DNA from: Gemmatimonadaceae bacterium
Lineage (GTDB): Bacteria; Gemmatimonadota; Gemmatimonadetes; Gemmatimonadales; Gemmatimonadaceae
NCBI GenBank assembly: GCA_033763905.1
Contig: JANRJP010000096.1
Span: 1-64,000, forward strand
Length of the DNA stretch: 64,000 nt
Direction: 5' to 3'
Shown here: positions 48,726 to 59,522 of the stretch, one piece after another
Layout of the letters: each line of letters begins with the position of its first letter
Position numbering within the stretch: position 1 is the first letter of the stretch
Made by a program: the position numbers and the translations under genes
Notes under the pieces: model-generated
What the model was told of the DNA's origin: nothing
What the model saw: the letters and a program-made list of their open reading frames with translations, nothing else
The model's database searches: none

Positions 48726-49829
48726 TCAGCGCGGCGCGACGAGCGGGCGGACGTGCTCCACGAGTGCCAGCAGAAAGCGACCGGGCGCTTCGAGCATTGG
48801 CACGTGCGCGGCGTCGTCCAGCGTGACGAAGTGCTTGCGCGGAGCCTGCAGTTGGTCGAAGAACGCCTTCGCGGGTTCGTACGGCGTGTGCAGATCGTGT
48901 CGTCCTTGGATGATTACGACCGGAACCTGCAACCGGGTCGGCAGCGGCGGCGCCGGACGGCCCACCAGGGTGCGCGTCGTCCACTGCGTGGCCGCGACTT
49001 GCGCCGCGACATCTGCGGCCGTGTACTCTGGCGCCCAATCCGGCAGTGAGAAAAACAGGTCGAAATTCGGCTTGCCGTACCAGCCACCGTTGAACAGCCG
49101 CGCCCATTTGCGCACGAGGAGCACAGAGGACGTCGGCTGCCCGGGCCGCGGATAGGGGGCAATCGAATCGAGCTCGTGCAGCGCCCGCGTCTCACCGCGC
49201 TCCGTGGCCAGTGTCCGCAGGCGCTGATACAAGTAGGCTTCGCCACTGCCACTCACCTGACCGACGCCAACGTATCCAGCGATCCACTCCGGACGTCGGG
49301 CCGCCAGATGCAGGCCCAGCACGGTGCCATAGGAGTAGCCGAGCACCAGCACGCGCGAGACACCCAGCGTGCCTCGTGTCCACGCCAGCACCGCCTCGGC
49401 GTCTGCGACGAGCGTGTCGGTGGAGAGCGACGGCGTAAGCGCTTCACGGTCGGCGGTCACGGCGTTCTTCCCGACGCCGCGCTGGTCGAAGTGGACGATC
49501 GTGAAGAAGTCCTCCAGCGGCGTCTGCCACGCCCACGCGGTGGGGAGCATCGGAGTCCCCGGCCCCCCGTGCAGCACCAGCACAACGGGATTGTCACGGT
49601 GCTTCCCGCGAATCGACACCCAGTGCGAGACCCCTCGCACTTGGATCTGCTCCAGCCGTTCGACGCCGTCTGGCGTATGAATGCGGCGCAGGTCAGCGAG
49701 ACGACCGACCAGCGTATCACGGGTCCACACCGAAGGGACCGCCTGGGCCTCCGCGGCGACGGTGGCCACGGCAAGGAGGAGTGTGGCAGCGCCGACGCTT
49801 CGCGCGGCGCCTCGAAATGACCAATGCAT
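48726..49829 (-). CDS. Exported alpha/beta hydrolase (proline-iminopeptidase-like)
   Basis: ATG 49829 with signal peptide; LHGGPG, DQRG.G, nucleophile GYSYG, GRHD, AHVP. Confidence 0.88.
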   Translation of the reverse strand: MHWSFRGAARSVGAATLLLAVATVAAEAQAVPSVWTRDTLVGRLADLRRIHTPDGVERLEQIQVRGVSHWVSIRGKHRDNPVVLVLHGGPGTPMLPTAWAWQTPLEDFFTIVHFDQRGVGKNAVTADREALTPSLSTDTLVADAEAVLAWTRGTLGVSRVLVLGYSYGTVLGLHLAARRPEWIAGYVGVGQVSGSGEAYLYQRLRTLATERGETRALHELDSIAPYPRPGQPTSSVLLVRKWARLFNGGWYGKPNFDLFFSLPDWAPEYTAADVAAQVAATQWTTRTLVGRPAPPLPTRLQVPVVIIQGRHDLHTPYEPAKAFFDQLQAPRKHFVTLDDAAHVPMLEAPGRFLLALVEHVRPLVAPR

Positions 49830-49964
49830 ACGACAATACTCGGACTTGGCCCGCCGGTCTCGCCAGCCCGCCGGAGTCATCGGCGCGCAGATGGGCAGAA
49901 AACCATAACCGCCGCTTGGGCCCGTACGCTGTAACTTAGGGCGACACTGACAAGGATTGAGTCG

Positions 49965-51731
49965 ATGCACCGACACTCTCCGCCTTGGCACCGGCAGCTC
50001 GTCCGGCTGGGCCAACGGCGTGCACATATCCTGATCACGCTCTTCTCGATCGTGGCGTCCGTCCTGATGACGGGGGTCTTCTTCATCATTTTCGAGGGGA
50101 CGGCCGAAGACGCGCCCGCCTACTTCATTCCGGCCGTGGTCGTGCCGGCGGTCGTTGCGCCGCTGGCCAGCGGCTGGGTCCTGCGCCTCGCCTTTGCACT
50201 CGAGAGCGCGTACGCGCAACTCGCGGTGCAAACGGCCCAGCTCGAAGCCCTCCTCGCCGCGCTACCCGTCGGCGTGATGGAACTCAGCCGCGAGCGCGAA
50301 ATCCGTTCGGCGAATGGCCCGGCCGCGGCCCTGCTCGACCACCGGATCAGCGGCGCTCCGTGGGACGCCATCTTCGTCGACGCCGACGCCAAGGCGGCCT
50401 TCCTTCGAGAGACCAGCGAGGCGAACCCACCGACGCCAAGCCGCTGGCGCTGGCGCGACCGCGCGGGCCGAGTGCGGGTGGTCGATGGCTTCGTCGCGCC
50501 CATCGTCCGTGCGAAGACCGTCACCGGCGCAGTGCTCGTGGTCGTCGATGTCACGCAGCGCGATGCGCTCGACCAGGCCCTCGCGCGGGCGAAGCAGCTG
50601 GAGCTTGTCGGCCGTATGGCTGGGGGCTTGGCGCACGACTTCAACAACCTGCTCACCATCGTCCGGGCCAATCTCGTCACGATCCGCGCTGGCGACACCG
50701 GGGCGCCGGTGCAGGCCATCGACGACGCGGCCGCGCGAGGGGCGCGCCTCACCCGCCGCCTGCTCGCCATCTCGGGGCGCGATGTGCACACACCGGCGCC
50801 GCACCCAGTGACGCCGATGATCACCGAGTCGCTCGAATTGCTCTCCCACCTGCTACCGAGCGAGATCCATCTCCTGCGACCAGCGTCCCTCCCCGCGCTG
50901 CGCGTGACGGTGGATCGAGACGCGATCGAACAGGCCCTGCTCAACGTCGTCGTCAACGCCCGAGACGCACTCAGCAGCGGCGGCGACATCGCGGTAACTG
51001 CCGAGGAGCGCGTGACCGAGGAGCGCCGCTGGTTGGTGATTGGCGTGCGCGACAACGGCGACGGAATGCCCGCCGATGTGCTGGCTCGCGCCACCGAGCC
51101 GTTCTTCTCGACCAAGCCCAGCCACTTGGGCACCGGCCTCGGCCTCTCCCTCGTCCACGAGACGATGGAGCGGCACCACGGTCGGCTCGTGCTGCACAGC
51201 GTCCCCGCCGTCGGGACACTCGTCGAATTGTGGCTCCCTGATCCCGAGCCCATCACGGGCGCCTACGACGGCGTTGACGCCGCCGCGCCTGCGGCGACGA
51301 CGGCCGAAGCGGGCGCACCGATCACCTTGTTGCTGGTCGAGGACGAGGCGCCCGTACGCGAAGCGACCGTGCGCATTCTCCGCCGCGTCGGCTACGAGGT
51401 CATCGCCACCGAGAGCGTGGCCGAGGCCCGCACCGTACTCGCCGCCCGCGAGGTGGCGATGGTGTTGTCAGACGTGATGATGCCGGACGAAACCGGCCTC
51501 GACCTCTTGCGCAGCTTGCGCGCCGAGCGGCGCACGATACCGGTCCTGCTCATCTCCGGCTACGCGGCGGACGAGGTCGAACACACCATCGCGTCCGATC
51601 CGTACACCGCGTTCCTGGCCAAACCCTGGAGTGTCGATGAACTCCAGCGTCGCGTCGCCGAACTCCTGCCCGCCCGTGGCTCGGCTACGCCACCCGGAGC
51701 GGTCGCGCCGATGCCCGCCCGCCCAGGGTGA
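49965..51731 (+). CDS. Hybrid sensor histidine kinase (2 TM, PAS, HisKA, HATPase, REC)
   Basis: AHDFNN, NARDA, DNGDG, FFSTK..GTGLGL, receiver VEDE/SD/SG/KP. Confidence 0.93.
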   Translation: MHRHSPPWHRQLVRLGQRRAHILITLFSIVASVLMTGVFFIIFEGTAEDAPAYFIPAVVVPAVVAPLASGWVLRLAFALESAYAQLAVQTAQLEALLAALPVGVMELSREREIRSANGPAAALLDHRISGAPWDAIFVDADAKAAFLRETSEANPPTPSRWRWRDRAGRVRVVDGFVAPIVRAKTVTGAVLVVVDVTQRDALDQALARAKQLELVGRMAGGLAHDFNNLLTIVRANLVTIRAGDTGAPVQAIDDAAARGARLTRRLLAISGRDVHTPAPHPVTPMITESLELLSHLLPSEIHLLRPASLPALRVTVDRDAIEQALLNVVVNARDALSSGGDIAVTAEERVTEERRWLVIGVRDNGDGMPADVLARATEPFFSTKPSHLGTGLGLSLVHETMERHHGRLVLHSVPAVGTLVELWLPDPEPITGAYDGVDAAAPAATTAEAGAPITLLLVEDEAPVREATVRILRRVGYEVIATESVAEARTVLAAREVAMVLSDVMMPDETGLDLLRSLRAERRTIPVLLISGYAADEVEHTIASDPYTAFLAKPWSVDELQRRVAELLPARGSATPPGAVAPMPARPG

Positions 51732-53187
51732 AGGTCCCCACGAGCTGACGCATCGCCGCCGCTTGGCCGGCGAGTTCAGACGCGGTACTCGCGGACTCTT
51801 CGGACGACGCGGCGGTCGTCTGGACCGCGCCATTCAGGTGCTCCACCGCCTGCGCGAGTTGCTCGACCCCGGAGCGCTGGGTGTCGCTCGCCACGACGAT
51901 CTCGCCCATCACCGCCCGCACGTCGCCGACGCGAGTATTGATCGTGCCGAGCACACGCGCGACGTCTTCACTCACCAGGGAGGACTCGCCCGCATTGGTC
52001 ACCGACGCTTGAATCAGATCCGCCGTCTGCTTCGCCGCCTCCGCCGAGCGGCGCGCCAGCGATCGCACTTCCTCGGCGACCACCGCAAAGCCGCGCCCCG
52101 AATCCCCGGCGCGAGCCGCCTCCACCGCCGCGTTCAGCGCCAGGAGGTTGGTCTGGAAGGCGATTTCCTCGATCGTGCGAACGATGCGAGCCGTCGCGTC
52201 GGCGCTCTGCTTCATCTGCGCCAACACCGCATTCATTCGCGTCACGCGCTCGGTCCCCTGCGCCGCCGCCTCCGACGCCTGCTGCGCGAGCCGTTCCGCC
52301 TCGCCGGCGCGTGCGGCGTTGCCTGCCGCCTGCGTGGTCAGTTCCTTTAAACCGGCGCTGCTTTGCTCCAACGCAGCCGCTTGGCGCGACGCCCCGTCCG
52401 CCAGCGTCTCGGCCGCCTGCGAGATCTGCGCCGATGCCTCCGACACCTGCGTGGTAGACTGCGCGACATCGCGCAGCGTATCGCTCAGCGAGCCCGCCGC
52501 ATCGTTGAAGGCGTCACGGAGTCGCGCGTACTCGCCGGTGTAGTTGCCCTCGATGCGGACGGTCAAGTCGCGCCGGGCAAGACCGTCGAGGGCCTTGGAC
52601 ACATCGGCCAAGAAGCGCATCGCCTCGCCCTTGAGGGCCTCTTCGAGCCGCTGTTGCCGGGCGTTGGTCAGGGCGGTGATCACCACCGCGATGTCGAGCG
52701 ACAGCAACCGCTCGAAGGCGGCGGTGAAGGCTTCGTACTCCGTCCGCGTGGCATCGGCACTGCGCACCGCGTCGAGCATATGTCGCCGAATGACCTCGTA
52801 CATCGCCACGAACCAGTTCGAGTCGAGGTCGATGCGCTCGTGCACTTGTCCGACCTTGGCGCGGTACTCCAGGTACCGGTCGTCGATACTGCCCGCGAGC
52901 ATCGTCTCGAGGTAGCGCGTGACCATCGGCCGCTGCCGTTCGAGGGTCGTGTGTCGCTCGATGATCTCGCGCGTTTCGCGCTGCCCCATAATTCGACTAT
53001 AGAACGCTTCGATCATCGCTGGACTGGCCGCCATACAGCGCGCCTGCCAGCCACGCACGACGCCAAGATCCTGCTCGGTCAGCCCGAGGAAGGCAATCCG
53101 CATCTTGGCGTTCGGATCGGTGACGGTGATCTGACCGAGCGGAAAGCTGCGGTCGGGAACTGGGGCCGTGCGGCGGAAGAAACTCAT
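51685..53187 (-). CDS. Soluble globin-coupled chemoreceptor (HemAT-like aerotaxis transducer)
   Basis: No TM. Sensor-globin motifs [20 protein letters not shown] (proximal His), W..A.Y; MCP hairpin [20 protein letters not shown]. Confidence 0.92.
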   Translation of the reverse strand: MSFFRRTAPVPDRSFPLGQITVTDPNAKMRIAFLGLTEQDLGVVRGWQARCMAASPAMIEAFYSRIMGQRETREIIERHTTLERQRPMVTRYLETMLAGSIDDRYLEYRAKVGQVHERIDLDSNWFVAMYEVIRRHMLDAVRSADATRTEYEAFTAAFERLLSLDIAVVITALTNARQQRLEEALKGEAMRFLADVSKALDGLARRDLTVRIEGNYTGEYARLRDAFNDAAGSLSDTLRDVAQSTTQVSEASAQISQAAETLADGASRQAAALEQSSAGLKELTTQAAGNAARAGEAERLAQQASEAAAQGTERVTRMNAVLAQMKQSADATARIVRTIEEIAFQTNLLALNAAVEAARAGDSGRGFAVVAEEVRSLARRSAEAAKQTADLIQASVTNAGESSLVSEDVARVLGTINTRVGDVRAVMGEIVVASDTQRSGVEQLAQAVEHLNGAVQTTAASSEESASTASELAGQAAAMRQLVGTFTLGGRASARPLRVA

Positions 53188-53249
53188 AGGTCTGTCCCGA
53201 GACAGGAGATGGCGGCTCGACGTCGGGCCGCGCGGACTGACCTTTTGAG

Positions 53250-53257
53250 TTATCGGC
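53250..53257 (-). promoter_or_regulatory. Sigma-28-like -10 element upstream of the globin-coupled sensor
   Basis: Exact GCCGATAA on the minus strand 62 nt upstream of the ATG; the -35 match is poor. Confidence 0.5.
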
Positions 53258-53296
53258 CTGGCGTTGCAGGCCTACAGCCCGAGGGATTCACTCGGC

Positions 53297-54094
53297 TTAC
53301 TTGGTGGCGGTCTGCTTCTCGAAGCAGTCGGGACACATCCCGTGCGTCACCGGCGCGCGCTGATGGCGCACGAGGTACTGGTCCGGTCGCACCCAAGTGC
53401 CGTCGTCGTCGCAGACATCGTGACACCAGGCGCAGTAGGTGATGAGCCGCTGGAGCATTCGCAGCTCCTCCAACGAGGCGCGCACGGTCAGCTCGTGGAC
53501 CCAGAGCAACCCGACGACGGTGGCCACGAACAGGAGGTGTTCCGAGGCTTTTACGACGGGACTCGCCTCACTCGGCACCTGCCCGAAGTTGATGCCGTTG
53601 GCCTGCGCCACCACGACGACGAAACCCAGCACGACCGCCCCGATCGCGCCATACAGCGTCGCGCGGCCGCCGCTCGATGACGGCGCATCGCGATCCGGAT
53701 CGACGCTGGGGAACACGGCGCGCGCGCTCACCGGCAGCAGCACGAGCCAGAAGAGCTGGTCGATGCGTACCGTCGTGGTGACCAGGCCGAACAATGACAG
53801 GAACACGCCGAGCAACAGAATCCCCGCCCACGCCAATCGCGAGGCCGGCACGCCGATGCGCGCCGCGACAAGAAATGCGAGCGTGAGGCTCGCGTAGCTC
53901 GCGAGCATCGCCTTTCCGGTGGCGCTGGCCCCGGCGCTTTGGATCAACGAGTAAATCGCGACGACGAAGCCGAAAAGGCTGTAGGCGACCACACACCGCA
54001 ACTGGAACAACTGCAACCTCGACAGGTCGCGCCGAGGACGCCACCAGTCGAGTACGCGGAGGAATCGGTTGGGAGTGCTACTGGCGTCGGGCAT
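53297..54094 (-). CDS. Multi-TM membrane protein with C-terminal CxxC...HxxCxxC putative metal-binding domain
   Basis: About 6 hydrophobic segments, then LITYCAWCHDVCDDDGTW...Y...THGMCPDC. Confidence 0.8.
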   Translation of the reverse strand: MPDASSTPNRFLRVLDWWRPRRDLSRLQLFQLRCVVAYSLFGFVVAIYSLIQSAGASATGKAMLASYASLTLAFLVAARIGVPASRLAWAGILLLGVFLSLFGLVTTTVRIDQLFWLVLLPVSARAVFPSVDPDRDAPSSSGGRATLYGAIGAVVLGFVVVVAQANGINFGQVPSEASPVVKASEHLLFVATVVGLLWVHELTVRASLEELRMLQRLITYCAWCHDVCDDDGTWVRPDQYLVRHQRAPVTHGMCPDCFEKQTATK

Positions 54095-54195
54095 CTGGTC
54101 GTGGTGCGGAAGTGGTATCCCGCACCGGATAAGCTAACCCGATTCGTGCTCGACGCAGGATGTGACGCCGCGCGACCCGTGCGCGTGGAGCAAGA

Positions 54196-54211
54196 CGTGA
54201 TCTACCTCACG
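54196..54211. promoter_or_regulatory. CRP/FNR-family-like palindrome
   Basis: CGTGA-N6-TCACG, a perfect inverted repeat about 100 bp upstream of the 54094 start. Confidence 0.4.
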
Positions 54212-54420
54212 ACCGGGAAGCGGGCATCGCGGCGGATGCGCATCGGCTCGCGAGTAACGTGTGCGGAGATGACGGCTCAGGGAATCACCCCCCAGCGCTT
54301 GCGTGGCTCGCACGTCAGCCGAGCCTCACTTCAATCTTGATTGCGTGACCAACCAGCTTGTGCCCATTCATTCATCTCGCAGCCTCCAACCTCGCGGGAG
54401 TTCGGAGCGGACTACCCCGA

Positions 54421-57400
54421 TCACGGCACAATCCGCGCCGCCGGACCTCCGCGATCAACGATCGTCGTCCCCAGCCGCTCGCGCAGCCGATCGTTCAGTC
54501 GCTTGAGGTCGTTGGTCATCACGGCATCGATCGCCTTGAGATGCTCCTGCAACTGGCCGGCGAGCAAGCGCTGCACTTCACCGTGCTGATCGGTTGGACG
54601 GAAGTCGCTGCTCGTCGCGCCGTTGAAGAGATAGCCCAGCTTCGAGATGAGCTTCGAACCGAATCGAATGCCGTCCTGCCCGGCACCCGTCTGGCGGAGA
54701 TCCACGAGGTTCATCTCCTCAGCGATCAGCCGCTGCTCCAGCGAGTCGACCGCGCCGCGCAGGGCAGCATCGAGGCCAGCGGTACGCCGCAAGGTTTCGA
54801 CCTGCACACGCACCGCCTCGATCCGCGCGACCACGGCGGCCGCGTCGTTCAGGTCACGCTGTACCGCCAAGGCCAGGCGCGTCTGCTGCGCGATGTCACC
54901 GTCGGTGCCGCCGGAGTTCGGGTCCTTCCGAACCTCGAGCGGCTGCGTCTGCTCGGCGCCATACACCTGCAGGCTCACGGTGTACTTCCCGGGCGGCATC
55001 AGCACCGACGTGCGCGAAGTCCCGGGGGCCACGCGCCCATCCGGGCCGGGCTGCAGATGCGGCGCATACATCGGGGCGGTGTACAGGCGCACCTCGGACG
55101 AGAGCGCGCCCCGCAGATCCCAGTGCACGCGGTTGATGCCCGCCACGTTGGAGCCGGTCAGCGTCCGCACGACCGCCCCCTGCGCATCGCGCACGATCAC
55201 ACGAGGCGCCTGCGCCGCCGGCGCCTTGAGCCAGTAGTTGATCGACGCGCCGTACTCGGGATCGGTCCCCGTCGTCGGATCATCGTATGTCGTAGACGGC
55301 GCGGTGATCGGCCGGAACCGATACGCGGCGCGCGGCGCGAACAGCGTCGCCGATGAACCCAGCACCGTCGGCGTCAACTGCTGCAGCGGTGTGATGTCGT
55401 CGAGAATCCAAAATCCGCGGCCGTACGTCGAAATGACGAGATCGTTGAAGTGCCCTTGGACGACGATCCCGGAGACCGGCGCCGCCGGCAAATTGTTCTG
55501 CAACGGTAGCCACGTGTCGCCGGCATCGTACGACACGTAGATCGCGTTTTCGGTGCCGAGATACAGCATCCCGCGTCGCACCGGGTCTTCGGTGATCACC
55601 TTCGCGTACGACAGCTGCGACTTCGGAATCCCGTTGACGATGCGCGTCCACGTGCGACCATAATCCGTCGTCCGGAACACGTGCGGATCGCGATCATCTT
55701 CCTGGTGCGCATCCACCGCGAGGTACGCCGTTCCCGCGTCCCACTTCGACGGGGCGATCGAGCGCGCTGAGCCCCACGCGGGCATCCCGGGAATGTTCGG
55801 CGTCACGTCGGTCCACGTGGCGCCATTGTCGCGCGTGAGCTTCACCAGCCCGTCGTTGGTGCCGATCCAGATCAGGCCCTTCGTCAGCGGCGACTCGGCG
55901 ATGCCATACACCACGCCCGAGTACTCGACCCCGATGTTGTCCGGGGTGAGACCACCCGAACTCTGCTGCCGTGACTTGTCGTTGCGCGTGAGGTCGGGGG
56001 AAATGACCTCCCAACTCTGCCCGCCGTTCGTGGTGCGGTGCACGTGCTGCGAGCCAACATACAGCGTGTTGCGGTCGTGCGGCGAGATGTGCAGCGGCGA
56101 GTCCCACACGAAACGGTACTTGAGTTCCGCCGGCGGGCCGTTGGCTTGCTGGGGCCACACCTCGACGTTCCGGAACTGTCGCTTGTCCTCTTCGAAGCGC
56201 ACGACGATGCCGCCCACCATTCCCGCGCCCGACGCCGTGGACCACACGATGTTCGGGTCCAGCGGATCGGGCGTCGCCCAGCCGCTCTCGCCGCCACCGA
56301 CCGAATGCCACATCCCGCGCGAGATGCCCTGCCCGCGGCCCGAGAACACGCGGCTGTTCGACGGGCCGCGATAGGACGGCTCGTCCTGCTTGTTGCCGAG
56401 GACGTTGTAGGGAATCGCGTTGTCGACCGTGACGTGGTACATCTGCGCATTGAGCAGACGCTGACGATACCAAGTCTTGCCGCGGTTCTGCGTGATCGAG
56501 AGCCCCTGATCGTGTGCAACGATCATCCGATTCGCGTTGGTGGGGTCGATCCAGATGTCGTGGTGATCCCCGCCCGGCGCCTGTTGCCCCTGCTGCACGA
56601 CGATCGAGCGACCGCCGTCGAGCGACTTCGCATAGCTCGCCGTGAGGAAGTAGGTCTCGTCTTCGTCCGCCGGCGAGACGGCCATCCGCGAGTAGTAGTG
56701 GGCGCGCCCCATCGCATTGCGGTCACGCGAGATCAGCGCCCACGTGCCGCCACCATCTTCGCTGCGCCACAACTGCCCGTTCTCGGTCGGCTGTCCATTC
56801 CAGGGCACGCCATCACCCGTCTCGATGAGCGCGTAGACGCGCTGCGGATTCGACGGCGCGATCGCCACCGCGACTTTGCCGACGGGCTTGGTCGGCAGCG
56901 CGCTGCCCTTGAGCCGAGTCCACGTCGTGCCGCCATCCTTCGACACAAAGAGCCCGCCGCCGGGGCCGCCGCTCGTGCGTCCCCAGGTGTGAATCTCGAG
57001 CTGCCACATCCCCGCGAAGAGGATGCGCGGGTTGCTCGGATCCATCGCGAGATCCGAGCAACCCGTATTGGCATCGACGTGCAGCACCCGCTCCCACGTG
57101 CGGCCGCCGTCGGTGGTGCGATACACGCCGCGCTCCGGCTGCGGCCCGTATGCGGTGCCGAGCGCGCAGGCATAGACCACGTCCGGATTCGACGGATGAA
57201 TGATCGTCCGCGGAATGCGGCCGGTCTTCTCGAGCCCCATCAGCGCCCACGTCCGCCCGGCGTCAGTGGAGCGATAGATCCCCTGCCCCAGCGAGATGTG
57301 GCTGCGAATCTTGCCTTCACCAGTGCCCGCCCAGATCACATTGGGATCACTCTTCGCCACCGCGAGCGAGCCGATCGATTGTACCGGATGGCCGTCGAAC

Positions 57401-57663
57401 ACGGGCTGCCAGTGCACGCCGCCATCGGTGGTCTTGAAGACGCCGCCGGACGCGGCGCCGACATAGTACGTGTGCGGATCGCCCGGGACCCCAACCGCCG
57501 CCGAGAAGCGGTTGCCTTCAGGTCCGATCGTGCGCCAGGTGAGCCCCTTCCAGTGCTCGGGCGTGGGCTGGGTGGCCGCGGCCGGCCTCGTCGGTGTGCG
57601 CTGCGCCGCTAGCACGGACGACGCGGCCAGGAGGAGGATCAGGGAACCGCGAAGGAGGCGCAT
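54421..57663 (-). CDS. Secreted VPS10/BNR-repeat beta-propeller protein (second paralog)
   Basis: ATG 57663 with signal peptide; WRTIGP, Asp-boxes TTDGGVHW, STDAGRTW, SKDGGTTW, TTNGGQSW, TTDYGRTW; STYGRGFWILDD. Confidence 0.9.
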   Translation of the reverse strand: MRLLRGSLILLLAASSVLAAQRTPTRPAAATQPTPEHWKGLTWRTIGPEGNRFSAAVGVPGDPHTYYVGAASGGVFKTTDGGVHWQPVFDGHPVQSIGSLAVAKSDPNVIWAGTGEGKIRSHISLGQGIYRSTDAGRTWALMGLEKTGRIPRTIIHPSNPDVVYACALGTAYGPQPERGVYRTTDGGRTWERVLHVDANTGCSDLAMDPSNPRILFAGMWQLEIHTWGRTSGGPGGGLFVSKDGGTTWTRLKGSALPTKPVGKVAVAIAPSNPQRVYALIETGDGVPWNGQPTENGQLWRSEDGGGTWALISRDRNAMGRAHYYSRMAVSPADEDETYFLTASYAKSLDGGRSIVVQQGQQAPGGDHHDIWIDPTNANRMIVAHDQGLSITQNRGKTWYRQRLLNAQMYHVTVDNAIPYNVLGNKQDEPSYRGPSNSRVFSGRGQGISRGMWHSVGGGESGWATPDPLDPNIVWSTASGAGMVGGIVVRFEEDKRQFRNVEVWPQQANGPPAELKYRFVWDSPLHISPHDRNTLYVGSQHVHRTTNGGQSWEVISPDLTRNDKSRQQSSGGLTPDNIGVEYSGVVYGIAESPLTKGLIWIGTNDGLVKLTRDNGATWTDVTPNIPGMPAWGSARSIAPSKWDAGTAYLAVDAHQEDDRDPHVFRTTDYGRTWTRIVNGIPKSQLSYAKVITEDPVRRGMLYLGTENAIYVSYDAGDTWLPLQNNLPAAPVSGIVVQGHFNDLVISTYGRGFWILDDITPLQQLTPTVLGSSATLFAPRAAYRFRPITAPSTTYDDPTTGTDPEYGASINYWLKAPAAQAPRVIVRDAQGAVVRTLTGSNVAGINRVHWDLRGALSSEVRLYTAPMYAPHLQPGPDGRVAPGTSRTSVLMPPGKYTVSLQVYGAEQTQPLEVRKDPNSGGTDGDIAQQTRLALAVQRDLNDAAAVVARIEAVRVQVETLRRTAGLDAALRGAVDSLEQRLIAEEMNLVDLRQTGAGQDGIRFGSKLISKLGYLFNGATSSDFRPTDQHGEVQRLLAGQLQEHLKAIDAVMTNDLKRLNDRLRERLGTTIVDRGGPAARIVP

Positions 57664-57775
57664 GGCACGGCTGGCTGGGGGGCGTCGGCTCTGGCTCTGA
57701 GCGACGTCCTCCAAGGTCGCTCCGGGCCCGCCCCCCGCAAGAGGCGCGGCCAGCCACGTCCTGCCCCGCCCTGCC

Positions 57776-59239
57776 CTACGGCAGCAGACCCGTCCAGCGC
57801 CACCACGTCGCCGCCAGCACCAGCGTTACCACCATCGCCGCGATCGTCAGCGGAATCCCCGTGCGCAAGAACGCGCGCGTGGTGAACGCCCCGCTCCCGT
57901 ACGCCACCATATTCTGCGGCGAGTTCACCGGCAGCAGGAAGCCGACCGACACGAGAAACTGCTGCACCAGCGTCATCCCCAGCGCCGGCGCCTCAGGCCG
58001 ATCGAGCGCGGTGAAGAACGCGAGAAACACCGGCAGAATCGCCGACGCCAAGCTCGCCGCGCTCGCGAAGCCTTGATGCACGGCCAAGTTGAGGAGGCCG
58101 AGCCCCGCGATCATCGCCAACGGCGTCCACTGCGCAAATCCGAGTCGCGCCAACGTGGTGTCGGCCACCCAACGCGCCGCGCCGGTCTCGACCAACGCGG
58201 AACCCAATCCAACGCCCACGCCGAACAACAACAGGGTGCCCCACGGCACCAAACGCTCGGCCTCGTCCCACGCAAGAACGCCCACGCGCGGGAGCAGCAT
58301 CGCGCCAAGCGCGATCAACATCGCGGTCGCACTGTCGACGGGATGCAGCCAGCCTTCGGTGATCCACGCGGCCAACAGCACGGCCGCGAGCCAAGCGAGC
58401 CGCCGCTCGTTCCCGCGCATCGGCCCCGCCGCGCTGCGATCGCGGGCCATCGCGGCCCCGACCTGCGCCTCGTCCACGTCTTCCGTCGGCACGAGGCGGC
58501 GCATCGTGATCACCAGCATTGCCGACATCACCAGCGCCCACGGCAGCCCTTCGCGCAGCCACGCGCCCCAGGTGAGCGTCACGCCCAGGGACTTCTCGAA
58601 CAGTCCGACCGCCACGAGGTTCTGCGCCGCACCGGTCTTCACCGCCACGTTCCAAATCGACGATGCGTGCGCAACGGTCATCATCAGTTGCGCGGCCAGT
58701 TGACTCGTCGGCGACAGTCCGCAGGCAGCCACCACACCGGCGACGATCGGCACCATCGCGGCCGCTCGCGCGGTGGTGCTCGGCACCACGAACGTCAGCG
58801 CCGCGCATGTGCACACGACCCCGAGCAACAACCGTTCGCGACTCGTGCCGATGCGCGACAGCAGCAGCAACGCCAGCCGTCGCTCGAGCCCGGTCGCACG
58901 CATCGCCGCCGACAGAAACAGCGCACCGCCCACCAACACCACCGCAGGCGTCGTGAAGCCGCCAAGCGCCAGCGCCAAGGCCTTGCCCGTGCCGTAGAGC
59001 GGCGCGCCAGCTTCCGCCGTGCGCGGGCCGAGTCCGACTGCGATGGCCAGCGCCGTGGTGACCAGCACCGCACTGGTGGCGTAGGACACCGCCTCGGTCA
59101 CCCAGAGCACGACGGCCATTGCCAGCACGGCGAGTGTAGCGTGTCCGGCGGGCGCGAGCGACGCGGGCGTGGGGAGCGCCAGTACGCCGGCGCCGGCAAC
59201 GACGGCAGCGACCAACGCGATGGTGTGTCGGCGACTCAA
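57776..59239 (-). CDS. DASS/SLC13-family anion:sodium symporter
   Basis: LWVTEAV, GLERRLAL, PSTTAR, TGAAQN, VPWGTLLLFG, ETGAA.W, FLLPVNSPQN. Confidence 0.92.
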   Translation of the reverse strand: MSRRHTIALVAAVVAGAGVLALPTPASLAPAGHATLAVLAMAVVLWVTEAVSYATSAVLVTTALAIAVGLGPRTAEAGAPLYGTGKALALALGGFTTPAVVLVGGALFLSAAMRATGLERRLALLLLSRIGTSRERLLLGVVCTCAALTFVVPSTTARAAAMVPIVAGVVAACGLSPTSQLAAQLMMTVAHASSIWNVAVKTGAAQNLVAVGLFEKSLGVTLTWGAWLREGLPWALVMSAMLVITMRRLVPTEDVDEAQVGAAMARDRSAAGPMRGNERRLAWLAAVLLAAWITEGWLHPVDSATAMLIALGAMLLPRVGVLAWDEAERLVPWGTLLLFGVGVGLGSALVETGAARWVADTTLARLGFAQWTPLAMIAGLGLLNLAVHQGFASAASLASAILPVFLAFFTALDRPEAPALGMTLVQQFLVSVGFLLPVNSPQNMVAYGSGAFTTRAFLRTGIPLTIAAMVVTLVLAATWWRWTGLLP

Positions 59240-59312
59240 TGTGATGACTCTGGGGCGCGCACGATGGAAGTGAACCTACGGTCAGCGCGGTGCCGCGAAA
59301 GTGAGCACAAAT

Positions 59313-59350
59313 GAAAAGGCGCAACTCGCTGGCTTCAGCGAATTGCGCCT
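59313..59350 (-). terminator. Rho-independent terminator following the tRNA 3' end
   Basis: Minus strand AGGCGCAATTCGCTG-AAGC-CAGCGAGTTGCGCCT-TTTC: a 15-bp stem (one G-U pair) plus a T tract. Confidence 0.8.
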
Positions 59351-59353
59351 CGA

Positions 59354-59399
59354 TCGGGACGGCGGGATTCGAACCCGCGACCCCCTGAACCCCATTCAG
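59354..59399 (-). pseudogene. 3' half of tRNA-Pro(GGG), an integration att-site remnant
   Basis: Minus strand CTGAATGGGGTTCAG-GGGGTC-GCGGGTTCGAATCCCGC-CGTCCCG-A: anticodon arm, T arm and 3' acceptor strand. The D arm and 5' acceptor strand are missing upstream. Confidence 0.85.
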
Positions 59400-59497
59400 C
59401 AGAGCTGTTGCCCGAATTCACTCAAGCCGTTGATCAGCAGTCACTTAGACTTTCGAGCTTTGCCCCTAGAATGGGCTCTTTTAGCGGGTTTTTTGCC

Positions 59498-59522
59498 GAA
59501 AGGTCCCCCGAGAGGTCCCCCG
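59498..59522 (+). repeat. Tandem direct repeat GA(A/G)AGGTCCCCCG x2, candidate integrase arm sites
   Basis: gaaaggtcccccg followed by gagaggtcccccg with a 12-nt period, about 100 bp inside the att junction. Confidence 0.5.

Noticed and set aside
59354..59430. Intact tRNA-Pro gene
   Set aside because: No D arm or 5' acceptor strand (CGGGACG) is present upstream on the minus strand.
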